DNA of 64,000 bases from Azolla caroliniana (taxonomy: Eukaryota; Plantae; Polypodiophyta): NCBI GenBank assembly GCA_043228905.1, contig JBHGNT010000006.1, positions 21,204,001-21,268,000 of the forward strand, read 5' to 3'. Below are positions 63,190 to 64,000 of the stretch, piece after piece. Below the pieces are notes generated by a model. That model did no database searches. It saw only the letters and a list, made by a program, of their open reading frames with translations, and was not told the DNA's origin. The position numbers were made by a program, and so were the translations under genes. Position 1 is the first letter of the stretch. Every line of letters starts with the position of its first letter.

Positions 63190-64000
63190 TGTGGTGAAGA
63201 TTTTCGTCCACAAGCGGAAACCCGAGCAACGAGAGCCAAAGAGCGATGTGCAACGTTGCACACGTACATAATGTATTTGTAATAGTAATAAGGGTAAAGT
63301 GTATGGTGCTAGAAATGCCCCATAGGATCCCTAAGGTATAAAGGCGATGTGGTCTTGTGCGCACACCCACGCGAGAGAGAGAGAGGTACTATGCGGTACA
63401 TAGGTACCTAGTTGTTTGTGTGGAGGTGGGAGTAAAGGGGCCATCAATCTCACCCTCCCCCAAATCAAGACAAATATCCCCTTTGAATGAAAGGGGATAT
63501 TTTAGTCTCACTTTTGTAAACGGTCTTCCCTCCTTGTGCTATAAAAGGAGAGGGAAGGCACCATTGTGGGGGTTGCCTATTTTGAGTGTGCGAGGTATAC
63601 CACATAGGTCGAGTGTTAGGGTTAGGGTTAGGGTTTCTTTATCTTTATCTTCATCTTCGTCGGTTAGGGTTTCAAGTAGTCGTTTGGTGCGGCCTATGCG
63701 GCCACCATTTTGTAATCGTTCATTTCGTTTTAATATATCTTGTTGATCATCTTGTCTCCATCTTCCTCTTGTTTGATCTAATCTCTTGTTCATTCTTCTT
63801 CTTCTTGAGCAAAGCTTCCATTCCATGTCCAATTCCTTCTCCTCTACTCCTTAGTCCAAGACCCCCGTGGTCCCGCCCTTCTCCACGCACGCGCGTAGCA
63901 ACGCGACATATTTGGTGAACCCAACGTGAAGAGGCGGCAAGAGAGGAAGGAGATGGAAGACGGAGACATCACGGAAGTAATTACGAGAATGGCAAGGGAT
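63190..64000 (+). mobile_element. Another Trp-primed Gypsy 5' end nested in the previous gag: LTR 63190-63908, PBS 63913-63930
   Basis: Termini TGTGGTGAAGAT..ACGCGACA; TATAAAA ~63540; PBS TGGTGAACCCAACGTGAA. Confidence 0.8.

Noticed and set aside
63616-63633. (TTAGGG)3 as an interstitial telomere
   Set aside because: Only three units inside an LTR leader. Telo-box-like words are common in plant promoters and LTRs.

Overview
Eukaryotic nuclear DNA from a large land-plant genome. A fern or other seed-free plant is my inference from the TE lineages, not something the sequence proves. Most of the window is nested, decayed retrotransposons around one intact host gene, an intron-free zinc-ribbon/RING-H2 E3 ligase (21616-23271, -). 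Resolved elements: an RTEX-like LINE plus a deleted second copy; three Copia elements with paired LTRs, Met-i PBS and 5-bp TSDs (5996-16714, 6851-12528, 31790-37020) plus older Copia remnants; a tRNA-Trp-primed Ty3/gypsy family with fungal-like RT motifs; a Tf1/Tcn1-like self-priming chromovirus (47204-52865); an Athila/Tat-like family with a long extra 3' ORF (two copies); and a non-autonomous LTR element carrying a captured JMJD7/JMJ32 fragment. The most striking signal is that two unrelated Gypsy lineages carry a tRNA-like Pol III A-box/B-box module in the U3 of their LTRs. Both have the same 43-nt spacing and both point away from the Pol II TATA box. All calls were made by eye with no database searches, so boundaries without a TSD are approximate.
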